The notes under the pieces are model-generated. The model saw only the letters and a program-made list of their open reading frames with translations, had not been told where the DNA came from and did no database searches. Of a stretch of DNA of 55,648 nt, positions 35,448 through 45,260 are shown piece by piece. Positions within the stretch are counted from its first letter, which is position 1. Each line of letters begins with the position of its first letter. This stretch comes from a virus (Duplodnaviria > Caudoviricetes). The stretch lies in the IMG/VR virus record IMGVR_UViG_3300017756_003602, positions 1-55,648 of that record, one strand, 5' to 3'. A program made the translations under genes and the position numbers.

Positions 35448-38400
35448 ATGGCAGAGACAGTACACAGTTTCAGCGATCAGGAAAGCGGTTCACCGTTACC
35501 GCAAGGGTACTCTACCGTTGAGGGTGGCTGGCAAAATTTTGGCAACAACTCAGGGTTAACACCTACATCCACATCAGGACTTAATGTTCTTGGTGTTCCA
35601 GCGGATTTCACAGAGGGATACTTTGAAGCGACACTGAGAGCCAGAGACGCTAGTAACACAACATACGCCAGTCTGCGGTTTCGTTATCAGGATGATGACA
35701 ATAACTGGTTGTTGCAATGGCGAGCCAGCGATGGCGCAGTTAGGTTTGTTAAGCGAATCAATGGTGTAAACACTATTTTCACAGAGGTGGATACGACTGT
35801 TCAAGGTAATGGCACTGTTGCAACGCTGCGTGTTTCGATTGCAGGAGACACCCTAACACCGTCAGTCAATGGCCAAGAAATAACTGGCGCCATCGTAACT
35901 GACCCTGCCCTTAACACATTCCAAACAACTCATGTCCGAATATCAGAGCAGACCTACGCGGTCATGGCAGTTGCATACGATAACGTGGCGAGTGGTGGTG
36001 GAACAGGTGGCGAAACTGGACCTGACGATCCTTTACCTGCTTTAACGATGCACAATATCGAAGGTTTCGCTCGCCAGTACACTAAGGCCGGTAAGATATT
36101 TGATAATCACAGTGCTAACGTTACAGACCGCGAGTATTGGATACGCTTGTATGAGACAAAGGACTGGCCTAACTGGCCTCACGAGCAATATCCCGTTGTC
36201 GCTGAAAGTAGCTCTGACCACGCCAATGGCACTGGCGCTATTCTACTGCGTGTATATGAAGAAACTGGACAATATGATTTAACGCATGCCCCCAGTTGGC
36301 ACGAATGGCAGGAAATCAGCAATTTGCCTGTGTTTGACCACATCGCTACTAAAACAGGCGCTATCTACTCAGACCCGAACCAATCGGAAACCCCAAGCCG
36401 TATCACTAAAGACGGGGTTATTTACTCATTTTTCCATGGCGGCGGTGTGACTGTTGGTGGAGTAGAGGTTCAAGCTACTAAACGAATGGAAAGCGTTAAC
36501 GGCGTAGATTTCACCAACGTTGTAACAACCGATATTGTCTATGACCCGAATTTGCTAGGGGGCAATGGTCATGTTGGCTATCAAGTTGTCGGTAAAAACG
36601 TTGTAAGCGGAATTCCATATACCTACATTACTACAGGCTTGCACGGCGGTGGTAACGACCAAGCTGGTCAGTCGCAAGGGGTTTGGGGCTCTAATGATTT
36701 GGAATCATGGGAGTTGATTCAGACGCACGGAAAAATGCGCGGATATTTAGGTTTGTATTCGGGACTGTCTGACGGTGAACGATTCTACAATGTATATCAA
36801 TTTCACAGCATGAAAAAAGAAGGTGCGTATTATCGCGCGCTTTATTCACAGCGAAATCCAAGTGCCGGAGGTCAAGCTACAAACGCGATAATGGCTGAAA
36901 TCTTGGTTAATGATAAGTTAGAAGCCGTTTCAGCACCGCATTTCTTTTTAGAGCCTACGGTTGGTGGTTTTGACGAGCGGCAAGTGGGTGACGTAACAGA
37001 GCTAGAGTATGCAGGGCGCACGTTTGCTTTCTACGTGACGAGAAACGCTAACGATTTCTCAGAAATAGGTGCTGCATATGTCGAGCACGTACCTCATACA
37101 TGGGAAATTGCAAGACCACTATCAAACAAGACAACACTTCTTTCATTGCAAACGAATGGTTCAGCGCTGAGTACTGGTGTTACTTCCAATCAGACACTGG
37201 GTTTTAAAGCTGAATCTGGCAATGACATGACGGTACTTCCATTACCCGCAAACGGTGATGAAGCGCTGTTAACGTTCGATACGACAATTAACCCATACAA
37301 CCATGAATACATTGATATCTACTTTGATTTCATCGGTAAAGATAGTGCTGATGACATAAATTTGGCATTTGGTATTGCCGATGACGTAGCGAACCCAAGT
37401 CAAGAGCTAAAGGTATTCTGGCCTGCAGCGAGTACAACCAGCAACCCTACACGCGCAACCAAAATGCAGTTGCGTAGCTTAGGCGCTACTAGTGATTTAC
37501 TTGTTTTCACTGATAACTACTTCGGTCAGTCTGATAGCTGGCGTTCGTTTAACGATCAAGGTGATGAAGCACCAGCAGCAAAACACACAGTAGGACTCAG
37601 GTTAGTACCATCGGAAAAAAAAGTATACATGCTACAAGGAAGCGCAGAAAAGCGCGTCTATAGCACTGATGGGATGATTTTCAACCAAGCATTCACGCTG
37701 TTTGTTAAAGCTAATTTAGAAACTACACAGGCGCAAAATTCAAGTGTGTCGCTTGTTGGGGTTCGCGTAATTTCTTCAACTGATGAAGTAATAGCTGTAC
37801 CAGCAGCACCAATGATAAGCGCTAGTAAGTCATCAGATAGCGTTACCGTTTCATCTAGCACAGTGCCTGGTGCCACAGGCTATAAGTATTTCCTTGATAA
37901 CCAGCAAAATGAAACGGGCACATTCACTGGGTTAGAGCCAGAAACAACCTACACCGTTTATGCTCGTGCAAGTAATTCCTTAGGTGATTCCGCACCTAGT
38001 ACGATTCAGACAGTCACTACGGATGCAGCAGAAGCACCAAACCAACCCCCAACAGCAAACGCTGGATTCGACCAATCAATTGCGGCGGGTGCAACCTGTA
38101 TTTTGGATGGATCAGCTTCTAGCGACAGTGATGGCACGATTGCCTCTTACTCATGGCGAAAAGTAAGCGGTCCAACCATAGCGCTTGCCAATGCTAACCA
38201 AGCGGTAGCATCTTTTATCGCGCCGAGTGAATCAACTATTCAAACGCTCGTCTTTGAATTGACAGTGACGGACGATGATGGCGCAACCAGTGCGCCAGAT
38301 ACAGTGACCGTCACCGTTGCCGCCGTTCCTGATGTTGCCGACCCGCTTGATCCTACGCTTAGTGTAATCAGCATTAAGAGTAAGGTAGGCATTGAAGATG

Positions 38401-38747
38401 ATGTGCAGTCGTTTGGTGTGGTGTCACTTTACCAGTACACCGACAACTTTATTCTCTGCGAGGTGGTGAGCAAGTCTAATGCAGCGCTATCGCCTGATTC
38501 ATTCAGTCAAGCGGAATACCGCATTGTCGATAATAAAGGCACCAATGTCGTTAAGTTAGGCTTGGGCACGGGCATCAAAGAGGCTGACGGTAAGTTTCTC
38601 ATACATATCAACTCAGGCATTTTGAACAGTAGCCACAAAGGTTCACTTAAACATCAGTTTGTTGTTTGGAACCAAGCAGGCTACAAGCTCCCGCCTATCT
38701 TTGGTGGCACCGTTAATATCATCCCTGTACTAGAGCCAACTCTATGA
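35448..38747 (+). CDS. Large virion protein with lectin/propeller-like regions, FN3 and PKD domains
   Basis: GLEPETTYTVYARASNSLGDS (FN3); NQPPTANAG.DQ...LDGSASSDSDG...FELTVTDDDG (PKD). Confidence 0.65.
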   Translation: MAETVHSFSDQESGSPLPQGYSTVEGGWQNFGNNSGLTPTSTSGLNVLGVPADFTEGYFEATLRARDASNTTYASLRFRYQDDDNNWLLQWRASDGAVRFVKRINGVNTIFTEVDTTVQGNGTVATLRVSIAGDTLTPSVNGQEITGAIVTDPALNTFQTTHVRISEQTYAVMAVAYDNVASGGGTGGETGPDDPLPALTMHNIEGFARQYTKAGKIFDNHSANVTDREYWIRLYETKDWPNWPHEQYPVVAESSSDHANGTGAILLRVYEETGQYDLTHAPSWHEWQEISNLPVFDHIATKTGAIYSDPNQSETPSRITKDGVIYSFFHGGGVTVGGVEVQATKRMESVNGVDFTNVVTTDIVYDPNLLGGNGHVGYQVVGKNVVSGIPYTYITTGLHGGGNDQAGQSQGVWGSNDLESWELIQTHGKMRGYLGLYSGLSDGERFYNVYQFHSMKKEGAYYRALYSQRNPSAGGQATNAIMAEILVNDKLEAVSAPHFFLEPTVGGFDERQVGDVTELEYAGRTFAFYVTRNANDFSEIGAAYVEHVPHTWEIARPLSNKTTLLSLQTNGSALSTGVTSNQTLGFKAESGNDMTVLPLPANGDEALLTFDTTINPYNHEYIDIYFDFIGKDSADDINLAFGIADDVANPSQELKVFWPAASTTSNPTRATKMQLRSLGATSDLLVFTDNYFGQSDSWRSFNDQGDEAPAAKHTVGLRLVPSEKKVYMLQGSAEKRVYSTDGMIFNQAFTLFVKANLETTQAQNSSVSLVGVRVISSTDEVIAVPAAPMISASKSSDSVTVSSSTVPGATGYKYFLDNQQNETGTFTGLEPETTYTVYARASNSLGDSAPSTIQTVTTDAAEAPNQPPTANAGFDQSIAAGATCILDGSASSDSDGTIASYSWRKVSGPTIALANANQAVASFIAPSESTIQTLVFELTVTDDDGATSAPDTVTVTVAAVPDVADPLDPTLSVISIKSKVGIEDDVQSFGVVSLYQYTDNFILCEVVSKSNAALSPDSFSQAEYRIVDNKGTNVVKLGLGTGIKEADGKFLIHINSGILNSSHKGSLKHQFVVWNQAGYKLPPIFGGTVNIIPVLEPTL

Positions 38748-40399
38748 AATTAGCCGTATCAACGTTCAAGGGGCAGAACAACGCGTTTGCCCCTCGCTTG
38801 ATTAATACTGAGCAAGCGCAGAAAGCCAGCAATTGTATTGTGAGAAATGGAAATCTCACGCCGAGAAAAGGGAATAGCGTTGTAACGCCAGCGCCTACTA
38901 TCGCTAACAATGCAAAAACCATTTTCCTTTACAAGGGAACGCATTGGTTTAGCTGGCCTAAAGACGTTGATGTGGTTGATAGCCCTATTGCAGAGGATGA
39001 ATACGACAGGGCGTACTATACCGGCGATGGCGTACCACGCTATACAAATAGCAGCATTGCCACCGGTGCAGGCGTCCAGCCATTTGCTAACAATACGTTG
39101 GGGCTAGATAGTCCTGACGCATTTAGTGCTAGTGTGACTTATCACGACCAATCTAATGACTTAAATGGCCGTGATCCTGCTGACTTCGATACTGAGCCTG
39201 AAAGCGGTTATCTCAACTTAGAAACCGATGATGACGAAACGCGCTTTTATGTTTGCACCTACGTAACGGATTTTGGCGAAGAGAGTGCGCCTAGTAACGT
39301 ATCGCAAGAGTTAAATGTCTTCTGTGAAGATGACAGCGTAACGCTTACGTTTTCAGATACTGGCGGCTTTGGTACGCAGAAAATAAATCGCAGGCGCATT
39401 TATCGAAGTGCAACTTCAGGTGATGTAACTCAGTTTTTCTTAGTCGATGAATTGCCAGTTTCTACCGATACCTACACTGACACCAAATCTATTTATGAAT
39501 TGGGCGCGGAGCTTGAAACCGAAGAGTATGCGAAGCCTCCTGAAAATATGACAGGGCTTATCGCTACGTCTAATGGCGTGGTGATTGGCTTTGTGGGCAA
39601 TACTGTGGTGCCTAGCGAGCCGTATTTGCCTTACGCATATCCGCTTGCTTATCGTCAAACGCTACAAGATAAAGTAGTAGCAATGGCTGAAATGAGTTCG
39701 GGCGTGGTCATCGCTACCGAAGATAAGCCGGTCATTATGCAAGGAACGCTACCCGACAGCTTTACCATGACAGTTATTGATGCTGCATTGCCATGCGTGT
39801 CTAAGCGCTCAATGGTAGATATGGGCGAGGCCGCAATTTATGCCAGCCATGAAGGGCTTGTGTCTATCTCGCAAAGTGGCGCGCAACTTATCACCAAGGA
39901 CTTACTTAGTGAAGAGTATTGGAAGTCGCTCGACCCGAGCAGTGTGCAAGGGTATCGATATAATGAGTTTTATGTAGGCTTTCACAGCGGTAACGCAGGG
40001 TTTGTGTTTGATTTGCGCCGTGGCGATTTCTTTGAATTAGATTTCTACGCAGATGCAGGCTACTTCGATTCAGCAAGCGGTATTCTCTATCTAATGGTCG
40101 ATGATGCGCTTGTGAAGTTTGATGATGGATTAGCGCTAGACTACGAATGGACGTCGAAGCAGTTCAACATAAACGCCACCACGCTTTCTTGTATGAAAGT
40201 GTTTTCACCTAACTTAGCTGCAACAAATGTAACGTTGTATGTCGATGGTGAGCAGCTTACCAGCATTCCTTTACTGGGTGTCGATCCCGTTGTTCGCCTT
40301 CCTGCCTTTCGCGGCTCACGCTTTCATATAACAATTGCAGGAAGTGACGAAATTGAAGGTATCGCATTAGCAACGTCACCAGGTGAATTGAATGGCTAA
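38744..40399 (+). CDS. Tail tubular/nozzle (stabilisation) protein
   Basis: YVCTYVTDFGEESAPS, RRIYRS, SEPYLPYAYP, CVSKRSMV, YASHEGLV. Confidence 0.75.
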   Translation: MKLAVSTFKGQNNAFAPRLINTEQAQKASNCIVRNGNLTPRKGNSVVTPAPTIANNAKTIFLYKGTHWFSWPKDVDVVDSPIAEDEYDRAYYTGDGVPRYTNSSIATGAGVQPFANNTLGLDSPDAFSASVTYHDQSNDLNGRDPADFDTEPESGYLNLETDDDETRFYVCTYVTDFGEESAPSNVSQELNVFCEDDSVTLTFSDTGGFGTQKINRRRIYRSATSGDVTQFFLVDELPVSTDTYTDTKSIYELGAELETEEYAKPPENMTGLIATSNGVVIGFVGNTVVPSEPYLPYAYPLAYRQTLQDKVVAMAEMSSGVVIATEDKPVIMQGTLPDSFTMTVIDAALPCVSKRSMVDMGEAAIYASHEGLVSISQSGAQLITKDLLSEEYWKSLDPSSVQGYRYNEFYVGFHSGNAGFVFDLRRGDFFELDFYADAGYFDSASGILYLMVDDALVKFDDGLALDYEWTSKQFNINATTLSCMKVFSPNLAATNVTLYVDGEQLTSIPLLGVDPVVRLPAFRGSRFHITIAGSDEIEGIALATSPGELNG

Positions 40400-42905
40400 T
40401 AACAAAAAGGCGTTTTTAGGCGTAGGCGGTAAGCCAAAATTTTCACAGCCCGATCAGCAAAGGCACATAGATTCTGTATCTAAAAATATTGCCATTCTTA
40501 CTGGGCAAACTAAAAACACTAAAGATAGAGCGGTATTGGTTCGTGATTTAATGGATTTTGGTCTATTAGATGCGCGAGGCAGATTCACCGGTAATGGCGG
40601 CACAACGATTATTGGTGGCGGGGGGAATGGTGGTGGCATTGTAAACCCTGACCCCGAAACACCGACTAAACCTGTCAATGTAAGAGCGTCAGCGGCGTTT
40701 ACCACTATCATGGTGCAATGGGATTTCCCCAACTATGCAGGCCATGAACACGCAGAGATTTGGCGTAACACCATTGATGCGTTAGGCGATATGACCGACC
40801 CGAGGGAAGAGGGTGAAGCGGTGCTTGTTGCTACCGTTGCTGGATCTATGTTTATGGATAACGTATTGCCCGAGACTGGCTATTATTATTGGGTTCGGTT
40901 TGTAAACACCAATGGTCTTGCTGGTCCTGTTCATGGTGCTAGTGGTGTATACGCTGAAACGCTGCCAGATATCGAAACCATTTTGAATGATTTTCAGGAG
41001 GAGAGCCTAGAAACACTCCAAACCTTCCAGGAGACGTTTAACGGCCAGATTGATAGGCTAGACAGTCAAATTGCGGATTTTGGCTTTGAGGCAAGCAAGA
41101 TTGCCATTAACCAACTAAACGCCGATGTGCTTACCCTGACTGATGGGCTCTTTAATCACATTGTTACCACAGAGCGTAACTATAACGACTGGCTAGCTGA
41201 TGCGAAAGCATTAGGCGATAGGGCCGATGTGACAGAGGCGAAGCTAGAGCAAGAATATTACACCATTGAAGATGCTGACTTGGCTATTGCAAATGCGATA
41301 ACAAATTTCGAGAGCATAGTCATTCGCGAAGATTTCGCCACAATTGCACAGTTGGAACAAAACTATTATACAAAAAGCGATGCAGACAGCGCGATTGCCG
41401 CAGATATTCAGGCATTCAGAGCGACTTACATTGACCCCAACTTTGTAACCGATTCGCAGCTTACGCAAAACTATTACACAAAAAGCGATGCAAATAGCGC
41501 AATATCAGCAGGTATTGAAACATTTCGGACAGGGTATCTAGCGGGAAACTACAAGACCGCCGCCGAAATCAACACCGCCCACTATACGAAAACTGATACT
41601 GATGGCGCTATAGCTAGCGCTATTTCTACGCTAGAAAGCGAAACGCTCACACCGAATTACGCCACGTTCTCTTACCTATCCACTAACGTCTACACAAAAA
41701 CACAGGCAGACGCTGCTACCGCTGCGAAGGTTGAAGAATTTAAAGCCGAAATAGTGGATTCAAGCGGCAAGATCACCAATGCGTTTACCAACAAAATGAG
41801 TGAAGTGTTGGCTGGCCCTGATGGAGCAATAGCACAAGAAGTAGCAGAATTTGGGGTAACCTATGGAGGCAATACGTACACGATAGCTGAAGGCATACGG
41901 GTAAGTGTTGATCTTAATGGTGAGTACACAAAACAGTGGGGTGTTCAGTCCGAAGTAGGAGACTTACAGCATGGCGTAGGTTTCATTGATAATGATGGTA
42001 CTACGACCTTTATGGTATCAACCGATAATTTTGCCGTATTTAACCCCGTCAATGGCGAGTGGGAAGCGATATTTGGCGTGCGCGATGGTCGTGTTGTTAT
42101 CACTGAGGCGGTCATAGGTAATGCGTTTTTAGAAACGCTAGCGGTGCAGTTTTCAGCTGTGTTTGAAAATGAAGTGCTGGTAAATGGTGAATTGACCGCA
42201 TGGAAGTTGAAGGGCGCTCAGATTACAGGTAACGCACTTTGGATGGTGAACGGCAATCATTCACTTGCAATTGAGCCCGATGACTTTCTAGCATTCTGGT
42301 ACGGCGAAGCCGTTTATTACAACGTTGAAACCGATACGGATGATCGCTCAATAGGTAACGCCAAATTTGCACTAACTAATAATGGCAGAGTAATAGCGCG
42401 TGGCCTAGAGCTATACGACAACAACAATACTCTGATCATGAGTGCCAACGGTATGAGCGGCACCTTCATTCGAAACTTAACGGTTGACACTCTCAAAATA
42501 AAAGCCGATGCGGTTACCGTTCCCACATACATTGAAGGTGAAGTTGTCTTTACTGATCACGTTTGGGCGGAGTTGTTAGATTATTCATTTGAAGAAGATT
42601 TCCCTATAAAGGCAATGTTTAATTTCTCGGTCCTTTTTTATCGGCAGGGAGATATTTCAGGCGCTGACGCAGTAAGTATTACTATGCTCGTATATGAGGA
42701 CGGACAACAAATAGATTCTATTGCGTTGCCCAATATGTATGCAGAGTCAGTAGGGGGTAAAAACTTTGGACATGGCCTTCCGCTTTTCGGTGCAGTTAGT
42801 GCGCCGAGCGGAAAAATAAGGGTAAGGGTTTCTGCGAAAGCGAGGGTTGAAAACCAAATGTATAGCTTTAAATTACAAGGCTCAATAACCAATGCAAAAA
42901 GATAA
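40392..42905 (+). CDS. Tail tip/host-specificity protein (FN3, YYTK repeats, DUF1983-like region)
   Basis: AEIWR...YYYWVRFVN FN3; coiled repeats; FMVSTDNFAV...FGVRDGRVVITEAVIGNA. Confidence 0.7.
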   Translation: MANNKKAFLGVGGKPKFSQPDQQRHIDSVSKNIAILTGQTKNTKDRAVLVRDLMDFGLLDARGRFTGNGGTTIIGGGGNGGGIVNPDPETPTKPVNVRASAAFTTIMVQWDFPNYAGHEHAEIWRNTIDALGDMTDPREEGEAVLVATVAGSMFMDNVLPETGYYYWVRFVNTNGLAGPVHGASGVYAETLPDIETILNDFQEESLETLQTFQETFNGQIDRLDSQIADFGFEASKIAINQLNADVLTLTDGLFNHIVTTERNYNDWLADAKALGDRADVTEAKLEQEYYTIEDADLAIANAITNFESIVIREDFATIAQLEQNYYTKSDADSAIAADIQAFRATYIDPNFVTDSQLTQNYYTKSDANSAISAGIETFRTGYLAGNYKTAAEINTAHYTKTDTDGAIASAISTLESETLTPNYATFSYLSTNVYTKTQADAATAAKVEEFKAEIVDSSGKITNAFTNKMSEVLAGPDGAIAQEVAEFGVTYGGNTYTIAEGIRVSVDLNGEYTKQWGVQSEVGDLQHGVGFIDNDGTTTFMVSTDNFAVFNPVNGEWEAIFGVRDGRVVITEAVIGNAFLETLAVQFSAVFENEVLVNGELTAWKLKGAQITGNALWMVNGNHSLAIEPDDFLAFWYGEAVYYNVETDTDDRSIGNAKFALTNNGRVIARGLELYDNNNTLIMSANGMSGTFIRNLTVDTLKIKADAVTVPTYIEGEVVFTDHVWAELLDYSFEEDFPIKAMFNFSVLFYRQGDISGADAVSITMLVYEDGQQIDSIALPNMYAESVGGKNFGHGLPLFGAVSAPSGKIRVRVSAKARVENQMYSFKLQGSITNAKR
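41244..41740 (+). repeat. Five 108-bp (36-aa) repeats with (Y/H/V)YT-x3-D/N-xA core
   Basis: CAAAACTATTA(T/C)ACAAAAAGCGATGCA at 41358 and 41466; protein periodicity of 36 aa. Confidence 0.8.
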
Positions 42906-43275
42906 AAAATATTACCTTTGTGATGAAGTTACAGGCCAGATAAAATATAAAGCGTCCAAGCTCTTAAATAATAAAATCGAGGAGAATCAACGATTTGTAT
43001 TGCATTTTGATGTTGATTTAAACTCGCATTATTTCAACTCTGAATCAAACTCTATCGAGGAACGAAAAACATTTCCAGCGGGTAGTTGGGTTGGTGGCGA
43101 GTACGTTGTTAACTTGCCTGAGAAAACAATGCTCCTTTGGCAAGGTGAGCGATACACCGTCAATGATGGCACCGCAGAGCTAATGGTTGATCAGCCTGGT
43201 CAACATCAAGTCATTCTTATTCATCCTCACTATTACACAGAGACGCGTTACATTGAAAATCCAGAAGCAGATTGA
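42892..43275 (+). CDS. Tail-associated hypothetical protein
   Basis: 127 aa; overlaps tail tip gene stop. Confidence 0.65.
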   Translation: MQKDKKYYLCDEVTGQIKYKASKLLNNKIEENQRFVLHFDVDLNSHYFNSESNSIEERKTFPAGSWVGGEYVVNLPEKTMLLWQGERYTVNDGTAELMVDQPGQHQVILIHPHYYTETRYIENPEAD

Positions 43276-43441
43276 TCCATTAAAGTTAAGGCGAAAGGCG
43301 TATATGCCAGTTGGCGATCAGCTAGACGCTATCATCAAAACATTTGCGCATTTAGAAAATCAGGGTGTTGATATTGGCAAAGAAGGAAGAGAGCTTGTAG
43401 CCCACAGTGAGTGGGTTAAAGAGTCGTTTGTCAAAAAGTGA
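43253..43441 (+). CDS. Tail fibre assembly-like small protein (probable TTG start at 43253)
   Basis: LRRKAYMPVGDQLDAI...VKESF motif typical of small fibre-associated proteins. Confidence 0.6.
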   Translation: MKIQKQIDPLKLRRKAYMPVGDQLDAIIKTFAHLENQGVDIGKEGRELVAHSEWVKESFVKK

Positions 43442-43445
43442 ACAA

Positions 43446-43515
43446 TTGACAAAAACCGAGTTTTGAAGTAATTTTTCTCATACTGACACAGACCTCGCCT
43501 TACGCGGGGTTTTTT
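43446..43515 (+). promoter_or_regulatory. Second pR'-like module: TTGACA-17-TAATTT, CATACT (43479-43484), terminator (43492-43515)
   Basis: Same architecture and CGAG(C/T)TTTG spacer motif as 20656-20743. Confidence 0.75.
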
Positions 43516-43520
43516 CGTTT

Positions 43521-43901
43521 ATGCAGCCTGAAAACTTCTATCCCGATATCAAGGCGCTTGGCAAACGCTACGACGAACCCGAACTTCTCGCCCAGGTTAA
43601 AGAAGCTATACAGAGCGGCAGTGCCGTACCTGTCACAACCAAAGAAACACTAATCATAGTTAAGCCCATATATGACCATCAATCCCGAACAGGAATGCTT
43701 GTTTGGGTGGGTATTCATCGGGCTCAGAAAGGCGTGGGCAAATACTTCCAACTTGTTCTTGATATGGCGAGAGCAGCAAACATGACTTTTATTCGCTTTG
43801 AAACCAAGCGCAAAGGCTTTGCCAAGCTAGGCGCTCGTTTTGGTTATGAGCGAATAGGGCAGCGTAACGAATACACGATTTATCAAAAAGAGGTTTACTA
43901 A
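43521..43901 (+). CDS. GNAT-fold-like protein
   Basis: LVWVG...LDMARAANMTFIRFETKRKGFAKL...GY pattern; precedes ejection proteins. Confidence 0.55.
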   Translation: MQPENFYPDIKALGKRYDEPELLAQVKEAIQSGSAVPVTTKETLIIVKPIYDHQSRTGMLVWVGIHRAQKGVGKYFQLVLDMARAANMTFIRFETKRKGFAKLGARFGYERIGQRNEYTIYQKEVY

Positions 43902-43902
43902 C

Positions 43903-44484
43903 ATGGGTGGCGGTGGCGATAACAAAATTGAAGAAACACCTGAGCAACGGGCGCAAGCTGACGTAGCAATGATGCAGTGGAAGGACTATTTAAATAAATA
44001 CCGTCCTTTTGAAGATGCTTTCATGGAAGACGTTGACCGCATGAATACGGGTCAGCAATACAATCAAGTTGCTGGCTTAGCGGCCGTTCCCGTTGAAAGC
44101 CAGTTCTCTACCGCTGTTCGTGATACGTCTCGCGCAATGGTAAGCGGTGGCTTAAATCCCACTTCAAGCGCATTCAAATCCAACCTTTCTAAGCTTGATA
44201 GAGCCAAATCGACAACCAAAGCCGACAACATGAACCAAGCTCAGGTTGGTCAGCAAAACCGCTATGTAAGCGGCATTTCTAATATTGTCAGAATGGGGCA
44301 AGGCCAAGAGACTGAAGCAGTTCAAGGCTATGGTGATTTAGCGACGAACTCAGCGAGAAAGGCTGGTAATGATGCCAACATAGCGTTAAACAACCGACGA
44401 GACAACCAGCAGCTAGCCGGTGCCGTTGTGGGTGCAGGTACGCGATACGGCCTCAATTACATTGATAATAACGGTGGCGCATAA
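43903..44484 (+). CDS. Internal virion (ejection) protein
   Basis: MGGGG start, Q/A/N-rich, GLNPTS, C-terminal AGAVVGAG. Confidence 0.65.
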   Translation: MGGGGDNKIEETPEQRAQADVAMMQWKDYLNKYRPFEDAFMEDVDRMNTGQQYNQVAGLAAVPVESQFSTAVRDTSRAMVSGGLNPTSSAFKSNLSKLDRAKSTTKADNMNQAQVGQQNRYVSGISNIVRMGQGQETEAVQGYGDLATNSARKAGNDANIALNNRRDNQQLAGAVVGAGTRYGLNYIDNNGGA

Positions 44485-44960
44485 TGTCTTTCCTTAAAAG
44501 AGCCTATGACGATGTAATGACCGAGTTAGATTTTAGGGCTCGCGGTCAATATCAACTAGGCGGCATAGACCCTAGAGACGATGAATACGCGTCGAAAACG
44601 TATGCGCAATTAATCAGAAGCCAGTACGCCGATTATCAAGAGCGCTTCCAGCCTTACGAAGAGCGCATGATGGATCTCTCCACTTCGCGTGAACTACTTG
44701 ATCAGCAACTTTCCCGTATTGGCACAAACATCAATGCTTCATTTGCCAACCCGCAATTTAGTGCTGGGGCGCTCGCTTCTCAGCGATACGGTACACAGCA
44801 GACCGCGCAGGAGCGCAGCTTCAACACGCGTCAGTCAGATATGGATAGAGCGCTCGCAACCGCTAACGCCAAAAATAATACAAGACTGGCAAACGCAGAT
44901 ATGAAACAAAATATGGTTACCGGTGGCTCGTCAGTGCGTGGCCTTATGGTAGATAACTAA
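44484..44960 (+). CDS. Internal virion protein
   Basis: Coupled; QYADYQERFQPYE resembles the preceding protein. Confidence 0.6.
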   Translation: MSFLKRAYDDVMTELDFRARGQYQLGGIDPRDDEYASKTYAQLIRSQYADYQERFQPYEERMMDLSTSRELLDQQLSRIGTNINASFANPQFSAGALASQRYGTQQTAQERSFNTRQSDMDRALATANAKNNTRLANADMKQNMVTGGSSVRGLMVDN

Positions 44961-44972
44961 TAGGGGCTCAAT

Positions 44973-45260
44973 ATGTACGGCTTAATTAATACCGGCGCTA
45001 GCAAAAAGCAACAAGCCATGTCTGGCTTCCAAAAAAGCGCAAGCGATGAAAACAACCGCAACATTGCTAATGAAAATATCAAACAAGCTGAAAGCGCTCA
45101 GAAGAAAACAAATGCCAGTACGGGTGCAGCAACAGGCGCTACCATTGGTGCAACTATGGCTAGTAACATGGGGCTAGGTGCAGCTTCAATTGGCGCTTCA
45201 GCATTGGCTAGTGGCGGCATAGGTCTAGCCGCAGGTTTACTTTTATCGGAGTTGTTCTAA
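44973..45260 (+). CDS. Internal virion protein with glycine zipper
   Basis: Gly/Ala-rich hydrophobic C-terminus. Confidence 0.6.
   Translation: MYGLINTGASKKQQAMSGFQKSASDENNRNIANENIKQAESAQKKTNASTGAATGATIGATMASNMGLGAASIGASALASGGIGLAAGLLLSELF

Noticed and set aside
30593-42905. Diversity-generating retroelement or invertible tail-fibre switch
   Set aside because: No reverse transcriptase or serine invertase gene; the repeats seen are in-frame coding repeats, not TR/VR pairs
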